Part shown: piece by piece, positions 1 to 12,588 of the stretch
Numbering within the stretch: the stretch's first letter is position 1
Layout of the letters: the number at the start of each line of letters is the position of its first letter
Assembly: GCF_001194135.2 (NCBI RefSeq)
Contig: NC_068981.1
Coordinates: 42,718,628-42,782,627, forward strand
DNA from: Octopus bimaculoides
Taxonomy: Eukaryota
Direction of reading: 5' to 3'
DNA length: 64,000 bases
The notes under the pieces: generated by a model
Databases searched by the model: none
What the model saw: the letters and a program-made list of their open reading frames with translations, nothing else
Told to the model about the DNA's origin: nothing
Position numbers and translations under genes: made by a program

Positions 1-1419
1 TTTGTAATGTTATCTTTTATAAACATAAACAACGATTAAGCTCGGATTAGTTTACCTTTGGGCATAGGCATGTTAAAATGTAAATTAAACTATAAAAAAA
101 TCAATGAAGACGCAGAAACAAAACATTAAAGACATTGAGTGTCTCGTTACTATTCAATACTGTGATTTAAAGCGGTGCTTTCTAGAATTAATCCCTAAAA
201 TAATACCATCTTTACGGACCATTTGGAGAAATCATAGCATCTTATCTTGGTAATACTGACAGAGATATTGACAATGAGTTTACTACGCAAATAGTTATAA
301 ATCAGTAAAATTTCAGAAACAAATAAAGATAAACAAGGAGCATTTAGAATTAATAAAAGCATGCTATAACTAGTTCGAAAGTGTTCTGAATAAAGACAGT
401 TGTCAATTTTGATTTGCGCATAACGTTTGTTTCTGATAGAAGCCAAAATGCACCTACCTTTTCGTAGTGACATCAACAGAGAAGAAGTGAGATTTTTCGA
501 TCCTGCGTCAAACTGAAAAGTTAGAGAGTGAAAATAAAAGCTGTAATATTTAAGTGATAAATATGAAAAAAGAAACTCTCAACATGGAAGAAACTACAAG
601 CTAGTGAAGTTAAATTACGATGAATCGGGATTCTAAGAATATAGCTGCTTCTATAAGTAAACACCTATTACTGAGATCAATGTTGCATCATTCTACAGAG
701 AACTAAGAAAAAATATGAGCAACAAACACAATAAAAATAGCTACAAACGTATTCTATTAAGAACTGAAGTGATATATATTAGAGATATAAAATAGATAAA
801 GAAGCGAACCACAGATAGATGGATAACGTATAAAAAAGACTGAGAAAAAATCAACAGAAAACAACTAATAACTGAACATCACAGAACCTGGTCAAATAAT
901 CAAATATGTAGCTGTGTTTGTGAATAGTAGTAAGTGCATTCATACTGTGAATAATATTCACGAAGATCTCGTTCTATTGATAAAGCGAGATTCACTTTTT
1001 GCATAAACGATACATTACGTGACATCTGTGCAAGAAAGAACTATAATGCTGTATGGCACTAAATGTTCACTGATTGCTGAAGTTGGAGAAAATTTAGGAT
1101 TAAGTGTAAGTGAAGAGCAACAAACGAACTGACTTATGCATGAAGGAAATACAATTAACATTGAGGTTGTGAGCATGTAATGCATAAGTGTGGTATATAT
1201 TTTGTATGCTTTGTATATGTAATGAATGTGCGCGTGTGAATTAATGGTAGAAGTGAGCTAAATTCGAAGGAAACGTATATAAAAAAAAAACTAGAATAAA
1301 AGGATTAGTATGGATCTGAAAATGGTAGATTTTACGTAGGATCAAGATAAAAGGATAAATTCTAATTGTAGGAGTACCTAATCGAAATCGTTAATAAAGA
1401 AAAAAGATATTAAAATGAT

Positions 1420-1670
1420 GCTAGTATTGCTATTTCTGCTACTGTTTATGGTAGTACTATTGTTGCTCGTGTTACTTCCGGTTTTGGTGTTGTTGCTGCT
1501 GTTCTTGGTGTTGCTACTCTTGGTAGTGCGGCTGCTGATGTGGAGCTACTACTAATATTGCTATTGCTGCTGCTGCCGAAATTGATGAGATGGCGAAGGA
1601 GAAGAAACAGTATGAAGATGAGGTTGATGATTACAATTATGATGAGCAGTTGAAGGAAGAGTAGAAAGTA
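1420..1670. repeat. Cryptic trinucleotide low-complexity tract (GCT/GTT then GAT/GAA)
   Basis: Degenerate gttgctgct and gatgag runs are visible directly. Confidence 0.6.
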
Positions 1671-2627
1671 TCATTTAGGATACGTTAGTAACCTCAAACT
1701 TGTGAAGAAGAGAAATAGAATATTTCTATATTGATACCTTCTCAAAGCATCGATGTTATTAGTCATCTGCTAGAATTGCAAATCGGAAATCTAAACTCGA
1801 TACGATTAATTTTAAAAAAAAATATTTACTACATCATTCGGCTTGAATGATTTGTTTTCAACTAATAAGGGTTATCATTGACTAGAATTTTCAGAGGGTC
1901 CATTTCACATTTCAGACTTCATTTTACTATGTATTTATTGGTCGATTCTTTGAATGTCTATTTTACACAAGATTATTTTAACCTATGATCTTCAAACAAG
2001 AAATTGTCAGTTATACGATACTCTTATTGATAATATTAGCAATCTATATCCTATTATGAATGGTCTTACTAGAATCGTCCACGATGAAGTATTACCTGTG
2101 GAAATTCTAATTGGATCACTGTGCTAATTTTGAACCTTCAAAGAAACATCGATGTGGGACAGATTAGAGAATGTAGGGAGAAGAAGAAAATTCTTTTATA
2201 TTGTACTATGATATGCAAAAAGATCCATCAGATACAATGGCCAGATTCAACATGTGGATGATGCTAAGGTGCATTGGCTCAACGCTTGTTCATTTGAAAC
2301 ACTCACCTAGATGTTACACTCGAAGGGTAGGACGGGTATCCCACGAAAAACTCTCCGAACAATTTCCAATCAGTGTCGAAAGGCACCAAGTTCATTTGCT
2401 TGCTAAATTACTTTTTCTTTGTTCCTTGCACAAACAGATGTACCTCACTGCAATGACGATCTGGTACGAAGCAATGAGTGATGTTTTACTTGTTTTATTT
2501 GACTGAACAAATTCAACGGAATCACCGATGTGCAGTATTCAGAAAATAATGCACGTCAGTTTATACACCTAAAAGGGCACAGCACATGCACATTCACGTA
2601 CATACATACATACATACATACATACAT

Positions 2628-2976
2628 GGGCGCAGGAGTGGTTGTGTGGTAAGAAGCTTGCTTCTCAACTACTTTCGGGTTCAGTCCCACTACGTGTAAC
2701 CTTAGGCAAGTGACTTCTATACCCTGGGGCCGACCAAAGCCTTGTGAGTGGATTTGGTTGACAGAAACTGAAAGAAGCCCGTCGTATATATGTGTGTATA
2801 CAAGTGTGTGTCTTTGTGTCTGTGTTTGTTCGCCCATCACCCCTTGATAACCGGTGTTGGTGTGTTTACGTCCCCGTAACTTTTGTGGTTCGGCAAAACA
2901 GAACAATAGAAGTACTACCTTTAAAAAATAAGTACTTGAGACGATTCATTCGACTAAGAATTCAAGGCCGTGCCCC
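2628..2976 (+). mobile_element. tRNA-derived SINE, family A (full length)
   Basis: Head gggcgcaggagtggttgtgtggtaagaagcttg with B-box-like gggttcagtccc, body ccgaccaaagccttgtgagtggatttgg, internal (GT)n, tail aataagtact...ttcaaggccgtgcccc. The same sequence recurs at 5.6, 26.8, 39.3-40.6, 57.9 and 60.2 kb. Confidence 0.85.
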
Positions 2977-3429
2977 ATACATACATACATGCACATATAT
3001 GCATAAGGAAATTTGAAAATACCCTGGCATTCGTTTAGGATTTTTATTTTTAAACTTTTAAAGACTGAACCGGTTTCATAGATTTCTCTGATTTTCAAAA
3101 GGTGAGATAGAAAAAACGTGGAACTATGCCTCTCAGAGTAATTTTTAAGATGCCTTGTTTTTATAGCGAGAACGTTTGTACAGAGACACTTAACCATTTA
3201 ACAAATTAAATTTAGGGAGCCTTATTTTTGGACTGTTACTAGAAATGTTCACTCAACCGTGCCAGCCTTAATTTTCGTCGCAAAAGAATACAGTCACATG
3301 ATAGTAACTCACGGACGTAGTGGGGAACTACGAAATAAAATCCAGGGAGCGTTGATTGTTAGAGATTGTTACTAGACATGTCCACTCAACTGTAATTGTT
3401 TTAACTAACGGCACCAAACATATTGTCGT

Positions 3430-4260
3430 ATGACATTAAAGAACAGACGTAGCGGAGAACTTGCAAAAATTTCTAAGCCTGATCACGTGACCATCCTCGC
3501 TGAAATGAAATTCTTCGAAGCGAGCACCTTTTCTAGGCGAGACGGAGTTATCTCTTTTGAACGATTGGGGTTGCGTCCCCAAAGAGTCCGTTTATGTACA
3601 TTTTCCGTACAGCAGTTTGCAGGCGGGGAAGGATATTTCTCCATCATGAATATTCTCTTATGAAGGCACGGACTAAACACTTTGCTTTTTTAAGTTAACT
3701 AGGCACTGAATCTAGCAAATTTTTCTTGGTCCTTACCCTCTCAGCCAAATTAGATTCGCATTGTCTGCTCCCGCTGAGGCATGCTCCAGTCTGTTCTAAG
3801 AGATTCTGTATCGCGTTCACTCTTTTAAACGCCATATGTAATTGACTAAAGACGTAACGTTCCGCCTCTCTAGGATCTTAAAGTGGACCTGTGGTTACTT
3901 AGTTGCAGCTTAAAGGGACCAGCCATGGATTCAACATAATTCCGTGTATGTTTCCTTACATCTTTGGTGCTGCTACCGTTGTTGTTGCTGCTGCTATCGA
4001 TGCCGTTGTTACTGTTAATACTGGGCATGATGCTGCTGGTACTGTTGTTGTTGCTGCTATCGTTGCTGTTGCTACTGTTAGTACTGCTGGACATCTTGCT
4101 GGTGTCGTTGTTGTTGGTGTTCCTGCTGCTATCGCTGCCGTTGCTGCTATCGCCGCCGTTGCTGCTATCGCTGCCGTTGCTGCTATCGCTGCCGTTGCTG
4201 CTACCATTGCCGTTGCTGCTGTTATTCAGGACACGTTGCTGGAGCTGCTGCTGTTGCTAT
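3430..4260 (-). pseudogene. Possible decayed non-LTR retrotransposon ORF1 (gag-like) with S/N-rich N-terminus
   Basis: Minus frame is open from about 4258 to 3870 (SSNGSD repeats then KDVRKHT). Downstream, in another frame, SPCLHKRIFMMEKYP resembles a degenerate CCHC knuckle. Weak match by eye only. Confidence 0.3.
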
Positions 4261-4290
4261 TGTTATATCATTGCCTTTGCTTCTGTTATT
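3960..4290. repeat. Cryptic (GCT/GTT)n tract with an 18-bp minisatellite
   Basis: Unit TGCTGCTATCGCTGCCGT occurs about 4 times plus a partial copy at 4124-4220. Confidence 0.85.
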
Positions 4291-5634
4291 GACAGACACC
4301 ACCTCTACCTCATAGACCACGGCCTCTGAGTTACATTGTTAACCCTACATGAGCACCCTGTCGCTGTGCGGGATTTAGGGGCTTTCACTAAAGTCTTTTT
4401 TAAAGTGGGCGCAATGCTGAATGAGACCCTTAAATTGTTCCTATTAAATAATCATCCAAACTTGTGGGAGTGAGTGAAATCCTTGTCCACTAATCTAAGG
4501 AATATCCTTCCCATGCAGGTTTTGATACTGAGTGAGAAGGGTGAGACAAACCAAATGACTTGACAGTGGCGCTTTCCTTTGTGGGTGTCAGGAAGAATCT
4601 AATTCACATGCTTAGCTCCCTTAGTCTTAAGATTAAAATTGAGACCAAACTTATCGTAATTATCTTGTTAGATGTTATGCTCGAAAATCAAACAAAAAGC
4701 TGTAGTATATCAACGCAACCTCTTACCCCCGACCTATGTGTTTAAGAACCCGGTGAGGGTTGTCCGTAAATGGATTTAGAACCTGTTCTCAAATTAAGAC
4801 ATTTTCTAACGCCTTATTACAACGAAGCTGTGGCAGCCACCGGGTTTAATGACACATCTCTGTTATGCCATGATGTCTTCTTTATTACATCTTCAGAAAC
4901 AGCCTTTAAACAACAAACCAAGCGCGTTTTGTATCTAGCTCTCGTCATTTCAACCTTAGGCAATGGATCCGAAATATCGACCTATAACGATTAGATACGA
5001 AAAGCGTAAGTACTATGTCCAAAAGAATCATCTATAAATCATATGCATAAAATAACAGAGCTACATCACCCGTATTGGAGTTACTTCTCGAAAAAGTTCA
5101 GGTATACAACTTAGAAGTAGCCAACATCAAACACTGATATTGTCAATCTGTGTGTCAACTATCCAACTACATATTATGTCATCAGACTTGCCCTGCAGAC
5201 TCTATATAAATAATTCAGCACCAGCAAAAGTCATCGCAATTATCCTCTGCAACGTTTACATGATGGCCTCAATCAGACTGCTAGCTTGAAAATCTAGACA
5301 GAAGCATTAAATTATTTCGTGCACTGCGAAACAGTTAAAATAAGACAACTCCAGAAGCAAAAAATCAGTTGCATTCACCTTCGGTTATCAAGTGCAACTC
5401 GTGTGGATGCAATATACAAAAATGATAAAGAAAACAAGAAATAACGAACAATGTTATAGACTGGAAGAAGATTATTTGCATTCATTTTATGTATATGTCT
5501 TACCGATAAAAATCTAGCTGTCATATGGTTGAGTATTTGATCTATTACTAATGAATCTTTCATAGAGAGAATTCTAACCATTTTTCTTTACTTCATTGGA
5601 ATATCAAATGAACAAGTTAAACGAATTTCAATAT

Positions 5635-6031
5635 ATCTTTTATCTTTTATCTTTTACTTGTTTTATTCATTATTCTGCGACCAAACTGGGGCATCACGTT
5701 GAGGAATTTTAGTCGAATGAATCGACCGCAGTACTTTTTATTAAAGCCCATTGCTTATCCAATCGATTTCTTTAACCGAACTGCTAAGTTATGGAAACAC
5801 AAACACATCAACATCGTTGGTCAAGCAATGACCAGGGACAAAGTCACACACACACACACACACACACACATGTACTTCGGAGTTCTTTCCGTTTATCAAA
5901 TCCACTCACAAGGCTTTGGTCGGCGCGCGGCTATAGTAGAAGAGACCTGCCGAAGGTGCTATGCAGTGGAACTGAACCCAGTATCATGTGGTCGGGAAAC
6001 AAACTTTTTACCACACAACCACTCCTGCGCC
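5635..6031 (-). mobile_element. tRNA-derived SINE, family A (full length)
   Basis: Reverse complement of the 2628 copy: ccacacaaccactcctgcgcc head, aatccactcacaaggctttggtcgg body, internal (CA)n, (tatcttt)n tail. Confidence 0.85.
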
Positions 6032-6271
6032 TATAATAGGTAATTATTTTATTAACTTACAGATAAATCAAATTTAAAATGGATTCAAGAGGACTTTGGA
6101 GTTCGGTGTAGAATAGAATAATAAAATTTTGTCGACTTAATCATTTCCAGCAGCTTTGATTTACATTCAGTTACACTGAACATGGCAAATCATTGACAAC
6201 AGTATTCTTTCAATCACTTTATGAACCAGAGCTACGACAGCGTGCCCCAGAGATGGCTCATAACCTTGTCA

Positions 6272-6308
<37 letters not shown>

Positions 6309-6820
6309 ACAAAATGTTTGGAAATATCTCGTCGTGTCTTCATGCAGAACAACTTCTGGGAGCTATCATCTGTTGCATTATCACTCTCTTTCCTAACAGA
6401 TGAAAGATAATGCGAACAGTTGTTAGCAATCATATTCTTTATACCAATAAATATTTTTCCTTTTTCAGTGATCCCCAGTATAGCATCTGTAGAATAAAAT
6501 ATAATAAGGTTGTTCGCATTTACTAGTAGCCCTTCATCCTGTAGCCTGCAATGTTGTAATTTCCTCCACTAAAGCGTTCGTGGATGTCTAGTATAAAAGA
6601 AACATTTAACTGACTGCAATGTTGAACTCAAAATAAGAAGCAGAATAAAGAATAATACTGAATTGATGAACGCTCTACACATCAATTCGTATTCGTAGCA
6701 AGAGGATTTAATGAGCCAGTCTGACAAATTGATATCTTATTTCTACTGGAATATTCACTGTTTACACTCTTTCATATGAAACCTTTGCGTTTTTATAACT
6801 TTTTATTGTTTGAAATATTT

Positions 6821-7030
6821 ATATAAAATTTTGGCACAAAGCTATCAGGTTTTGAGGAGTTGGTAGTCGATTACATCGACACAATTACTCGACTGGTACT
6901 TATTTTATCGAGCCGGAAAGGACAAAAGGCAAAGCTGACCTCAGCCGAATTTGAACTCAGAACGTGAAGACGGGAGAAATTCCGCAACAGATTCCGCCCG
7001 GTGTGCTAACGATTCTGCCAGCTCGCCGCC
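6821..7030 (-). mobile_element. tRNA-derived SINE, family B
   Basis: ctggtacttattttatcga...gaatttgaactcagaac...gctaacgattctgccagctcgccgcc; matches the other family B copies. Confidence 0.85.
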
Positions 7031-7060
7031 TTCTATTGTTTAAAATACTGATTTCAGATC

Positions 7061-7216
7061 TCGGCCCCAGTGCTCTGTTAAAGCTTATTCTATTGACCCC
7101 CGAGAAGAGATGAAAGGCAAAGTCGACTGCGATGGAATTTGAACTTAACGTAAAGACGAACGAAATATCGCTTTGCATTTCGTCCGACGAGTTGACTTTT
7201 CTGCCGGCTTGCCACC
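7061..7216 (-). mobile_element. SINE family B, tail-truncated and diverged
   Basis: gatgaaaggcaaagtcgac...ggaatttgaact...tttctgccggcttgccacc. Confidence 0.75.
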
Positions 7217-7520
7217 TTTTAATCCCCTCTTTTTGTGTATATGTGTATGTTTGTGTGTATTAGTGAGTTTGTATACATGTGTATGACTAAAAACCTTACT
7301 CACATAACAAATAATACTTCTGAACAAACATTTGAATACACAAATAGAATGCTTTATTTCTCTTCTAGAGGCATATCATATTTGTCATTTAACCACCACA
7401 ATTGTTTAATTTATAGTTATGAAAATGTTTTAAGATGAATACTCTCCTATCATAGAAGTTATCCTAATTAATTTAAAAAAATTCATCCGTTATCATGTCA
7501 ATATTAATCTACCAATGCAG

Positions 7521-7700
7521 GGCGGTGAGCTGGCAGAATCGTTAGCACGACCGGGCAAAATGCTTAGCAGCATTTCTTCAGTATTTACATTCTGAGTTCA
7601 AATTCCGCCGAGGTGGACTTTGCCTTTCTTCCTTTCGGAGTTGGTAAAATAAGTACTATTTGCGCACTGAGGCCAATTTAATCGACTTAGCACTTCCCCG
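7521..7700 (+). mobile_element. SINE family B
   Basis: ggcggtgagctggcagaatcgttagc (A-box-like), gagttcaaattccgcc (B-box-like), gactttgcctttcttcctttcgg body. Confidence 0.85.
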
Positions 7701-8563
7701 ATATTAACCTGCAAATGTGATGTAATTAGTATTCACCACAATAAATCAATTAAATTAAATATTATAAGTACGAAACTGAGACAGAAACGAACCGTTTGGC
7801 TATTGTCTCAGATTGGTGACTAATAGTATTTTACGGAGAAAATCGGCGTTCATTCACTTACAAAATAACAAACATGATATTAACTGGTACATTTGGGAAG
7901 AATGTTTTTTTTTCTGCTGTTGTCTATCCAAATTTTATTTTCTGTTGTTGCCCATCCAAATTTTCATTGCATACTTGGATGGGAGTGTGCGTTTGTTGTT
8001 GTTGTTGTTGCTACTGAAACTATTATTTTAGGCAGATGTAACTTGCTATAATAAATCACTCTAAATATCCGACTTATTAAAAAATATATCTTGCTCATGG
8101 TCACATTCAAGTAACCGTAATAAGATCAGAACTTAGGACCATGTGATTAGTATCACTTTAATATTCTTACAACCATTGTACTTCCTATGATGAGGTAAAA
8201 TCTTGCATTTTCGTAACGCTTATTATCTCTGGCCATTAATAAATCCGAAATAAATAAGTGGTAGTATGTTCAGAATACTGCACTCAGTTTAATATCATCA
8301 ATATATGTAGTTGTGAGAATGTCAGAAGTCGTTAGATAAAAATTTTACTGTGTCAATATCTGGAGGATATCACTAGAATTTCTGTTAATAAAATATGTTT
8401 TGCTGATATTGCATCTGCCGCTATTTCTTTATTACTTCATATAGCAAAAGACTTATCAACAATTATGCTAGACACACGCAGTTTTCGATCTACAGTTACT
8501 GTGACAGGATTTCTCTCCTTTAAACTCTGAAACATTGTGATTCCTTTCCCGTTAATGTATACA

Positions 8564-9330
8564 CAGGTGCACCTTACAAAATTAGAATATTGTGAACAAA
8601 TTGGATATTTGGGGTCAGTTAAGTCAGAGCGTCAAAATTGCAATTGTAGGATCACTGATCTATTCGCAGTGTTTTGTTGATATACGATAACATTTATGCT
8701 TTCGACGCAGATGGAACATTGAAAATCTAATATCTCAAAATATTAGTGTGATATATCTGAACATCCAAAGAATTCCATTACAAAAGAGCAAGTCGGTTAC
8801 AAAATGAAAGATGGATAGGGAAAATAAGAATTAGTACGCCGTTGTAGTTCTTTTCGTTTTTTTCCGGAAAAATGCCGTGGTATAGAAGAAACAAACATAA
8901 TAATGCTCAATTGTGAGAGAAGCTCAGGTAGTCTCGATAGCAGCTTCCAGCTCTGCTGTAGAGCTGGGCTGCAAACTCGTCAATATTCTTTTCAAGTATA
9001 CCCCATGGATTCAATATAGGTCAGATGAATTCTCTTGCAAGGAAGTACGTTAATATAATGTTTAGCGAATTAATCAGTGGTTGGTTGTTTCTGGTCAGTG
9101 CGCAGGTGTCAAATCTTATGAAAAGAGACATTCCGCCACACAAAATAGCCTGTTGGATGAGAAAGACGTGGTATGCTCCAAGATTTCATGGTATACTTGA
9201 ATTGAATATGAATCTGAATAAATACAGGACCCCAAAGTTTGCGTATTACATACCTAAAACCATCATTACCTTGCAGTGGACTTCGAAATCGTGTGGAAAA
9301 TGCCGTTTCAACCCACATCCTAAATATTTA
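8564..9330 (-). mobile_element. Decayed Tc1-like transposon (transposase C-terminal half plus one TIR-like end)
   Basis: Frameshifted minus-strand motifs VMMVLGM, VYHEILEH, S*DLTPAH (cf. QQDLAPAH), NSSDL..WGILEK, AAIETT. The sequence caggtgcaccttacaaaattagaatattgtgaa at 8564 resembles Tc1 TIRs; no partner TIR found. Confidence 0.6.
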
Positions 9331-11069
9331 AATTTGGTTTTTGAATGAAATACGAAATTAGTTCTCTCCAGAAAGTAAGTTTAGACTATTTTTCTCTATT
9401 TCACTTCTGCTACTTTTTAACTCAAGTCAACCATTTGTGACGCTGCCTGTCGTTAGGCTAGACATTTGCCTGTTATTCGTGGTGGCCATTACACTTTCAG
9501 AGAATTCTCCCATATTGTTAGACCTGCTCCTTTGAAGACTTTGCTTTTAAAGTCTCACCGAATACTTTTTCATCAGTCACTCTTTATAGTTTGAGAAATA
9601 TAAACATTTGTTTTCATTCCTCTGATAATAATTCAATGACTTACAATTTATTATATTTTCACAGCTCTACTGTTCCTACTTTTCAACTTGTAATTCATTC
9701 AGCTACTCATTAGCCCACATTAGTCCAGCAGTTTTATGCATACGTTGTAGCAATTATGTCTCTCATGATGCTTGTAAAATCTTGCACTTTACTAATATTA
9801 CAATATTTTTCTGCATGGAAATTGATGCTTGTATATTAAGTGAAATCATTAACAACACATTAAAACAACTGTTTCACATAAATATAATTTCAGTTTGTAG
9901 CATATTGCTCTTTAATTTAATTACTAATTATAAGTAGTAGCATAAACACAAGCCAAATATTTCAGTGAATTTTATTGGTCTGAGTATTAAACTGTAACTA
10001 TTTTATTCATAATTGCAGGATGAATAGCGAAATTGATCTCAGCGGAACATGAACTGAGAACGTAAATAAATGTACTTAATTTCCCTAAGGTTGTTTGGTC
10101 TGCTATTCTACCGAGTCTGCCATAATTTGTCTAATTAATAACAATGAGTATTTCTTACAAAGACAGAAAGCCAGACATTTCATGGTGATTCGATAGTCGT
10201 TTATTCCAAGACCAATACTTGATTGTTACATATTTTTATCGACACCAGTACGATAGGAGACAAATTCTACACTAGAACTAATTGAGTTCAAACCGTAAAA
10301 GGCTGTGCTCTGTACAATATATGCAAAACATGTCCTATATAATCACTCACCTATAAAATAAAAAAATGCTCAAAACAAACTCAACAGAGCCACGACCCAA
10401 TAATATAACATAATCCACACAACACATACTTTAGAAAATTACCAATCCCAAATATTGATACAGCATTCAATGTCTCTCATTAGGGGTGGTTGGGTATTGA
10501 AAGGAAGCAGACAAACTATGTTTAAAAAATTAAGACTACTTTAAATGTTTAAAACATATCTAACATCTTTGAAATTGAAGAAGGATTATATGGAAGTAAA
10601 ATCTATTAAATAATTCGTGTTTGGGGTGTGTCGTTGGAGTAAGGGGGCGCCGAAAATGTCACTAATATATTTTAGGGTTGGTACATGGTACAGTTCATTT
10701 TTAAAGCCACTCTGCACAATTAGCATTCGATGTACAACCCGCATAACAGTCTCTGTACAAATGCCATCGAATAATATAACGCAACCCACGCAACAAATAC
10801 TCAGTAATACAGAAACAAGAGTGTACCTTTATTATCGACTCAAATGCGGGATCGAATCCAAACTTGGTGGTATTTACATTGATATTGGAGAGGGACGTAA
10901 CTAAATACTTCATGGTGCTTTTTCTAGAAATTTACAGTTACTTACACCCTGAATCTCTCGAGATAAAGAGAAGAATTAAAGACAAAGAAAACATATCTAA
11001 AGTTTGAGATCAGTTTTTTTAAGAACCAGATTATAATTTTGTCCATTTGGTCATTGATCCATGTACAGG

Positions 11070-11362
11070 AATTTCAACCATGTTTCGTGGTCTGCTACCA
11101 CAACAGCTCCTTTATAGAATCCAGTTAGCTCAAGACATCATCAGGAGGAACCACGTCCGGTTTCGGCCCCTACACCTCTACCATTTTGACGTAGCGGGGC
11201 CCCTCCTTTCGGAGGTGTCTTCAGCTCTGGTGTTGGGTGCATGTCTTCTTTCTTCTATTCCCTGACCTCTTCGATGCAGCATCAACGAGTGTCAGCGTCC
11301 GACTGATTGGCTTGTCAAATTCCCCTTTTTATACCTGCTGCTAGGCTCCAGCAGGCTGCCCC
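11070..11362 (-). ncRNA. Candidate tandem hammerhead-like RNA motifs (non-canonical)
   Basis: Minus strand reads CTGAAGA (11224-11218)...GAAAC (11164-11160) then CTGATGA (11144-11138)...GAAAC (11086-11082). Stems GGCCCC/GGGGCC and CCTCC-GAAA-GGAGG are present. Neither core folds canonically by hand. Confidence 0.35.
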
Positions 11363-11620
11363 NNNNNNNNNNNNNNNNNNNNNNNNNNNNNNNNNNNNNN
11401 NNNNNNNNNNNNNNNNNNNNNNNNNNNNNNNNNNNNNNNNNNNNNNNNNNNNNNNNNNNNNNNNNNNNNNNNNNNNNNNNNNNNNNNNNNNNNNNNNNNN
11501 NNNNNNNNNNNNNNNNNNNNNNNNNNNNNNNNNNNNNNNNNNNNNNNNNNNNNNNNNNNNNNNNNNNNNNNNNNNNNNNNNNNNNNNNNNNNNNNNNNNN
11601 NNNNNNNNNNNNNNNNNNNN
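11363..11620. other. Assembly gap (258 N) 3' of the HERO-like ORF
   Basis: N run. The other seven gaps each have a microsatellite on at least one side; this one does not. Confidence 1.
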
Positions 11621-11658
11621 GAAGCCACTTCAGTGTCAGCCTGTTTCACCTAATGATG

Positions 11659-12588
11659 TTATTTTCCTGCCGGCATGTTATGACTTTCAAGCCATATTTG
11701 GTCTTCCCGCTTCAGCCATATATAGAAGATGGCTTTTTCGGCCGCCTCCTGTATCCTCCTTATCAGTTTTCTCAGTTCTGAGCTTGAAAATGCAAATCTT
11801 CTTTTGAATAGCGTTGTCACTTTTCTTTCAATGAAGCCTCTAGCCCCCACTGCCAGATGGTAATACTCGACAGTCCATTTCTGTTCTCTGCACTCTTCGA
11901 TTAGTTTCTCGTATCTCTTCTCCTTTAGTTTCTCTGCATTGTCGATGTTCTCTTCCAATGGTACTGTCACTTGTAGCAAGATTCCTAGTCTCCGTTCTGT
12001 GTTCCATATGACTAAGTCTGGTCTTTTTGTCGTTTTTATAAGTGGAAAAATTACTAGACTTCCCAAATCCGTGGCCAGTTTCCAGTATCCCTTCCATCTT
12101 TCGTCTATCTCGTATATTTTATTTGGAGACTTGATCTTATGTCCTTTTCCCTCCTTCTGGAAGTATATTTTCCTGCGTTTTTCCAATTTGGGGTACTCTC
12201 CCCTATTGTATCCCTCGATCTTCTCCTTGAGTGCTGCGCTTATAACTCCGAGGACTTGATTATGGAGCCATGTATACCTTTCTAGTGTTAGTCTGCAGCT
12301 TGACAGAACGTGTCTCACCGTCGCTTTCTCTCCGCATCCACATTCATCGGTCATTTTTATGTTCCATCGGACTAAGTTCGCCGGTGAGGGTAGAACGTCG
12401 AAGGTAGACTTGATCAGGAAGGCTGTTCTTGCTTGTTCCCAAGCACAAAGTTCCTTCCATGAGATTCTGCGACTGACCACGTATTCCTCCCATCTCAGGC
12501 ACTGCCCCTGTTGACTACATTGCACCAAATGTACATTCCGCCTTTCTTCTTCCTCCTTTCTCACTTCGTGTACCACTGCCTCTTTCAT
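11659..12588 (-). pseudogene. HERO-like zinc knuckle plus restriction-like endonuclease domain (309 aa ORF)
   Basis: ECGCGEKATVRHVLSSC, RYTWLHNQVL (RHN motif altered), KRPDLVIW, LQVTVPLEEN (expected E replaced by Q), KEKRYEKL, AVGARGF. Confidence 0.85.

Noticed and set aside
2201-2506. 101-aa plus-strand ORF
   Set aside because: No motif, no splice context, and a length compatible with chance.
4124-4220. Short regular repeat arrays (18-mer here, 20-mer at 39606) as CRISPR-like
   Set aside because: No unique spacers, no cas genes, and a eukaryotic context.
4900-5600. Faint CR1-like RT traces on the minus strand; similar faint RTE-like traces at about 1000-1150, 34770-35020 and 39050-39300, and ORF1-like traces at 57000-57430
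   Set aside because: Only one or two degenerate motifs each; not supportable without profile searches.
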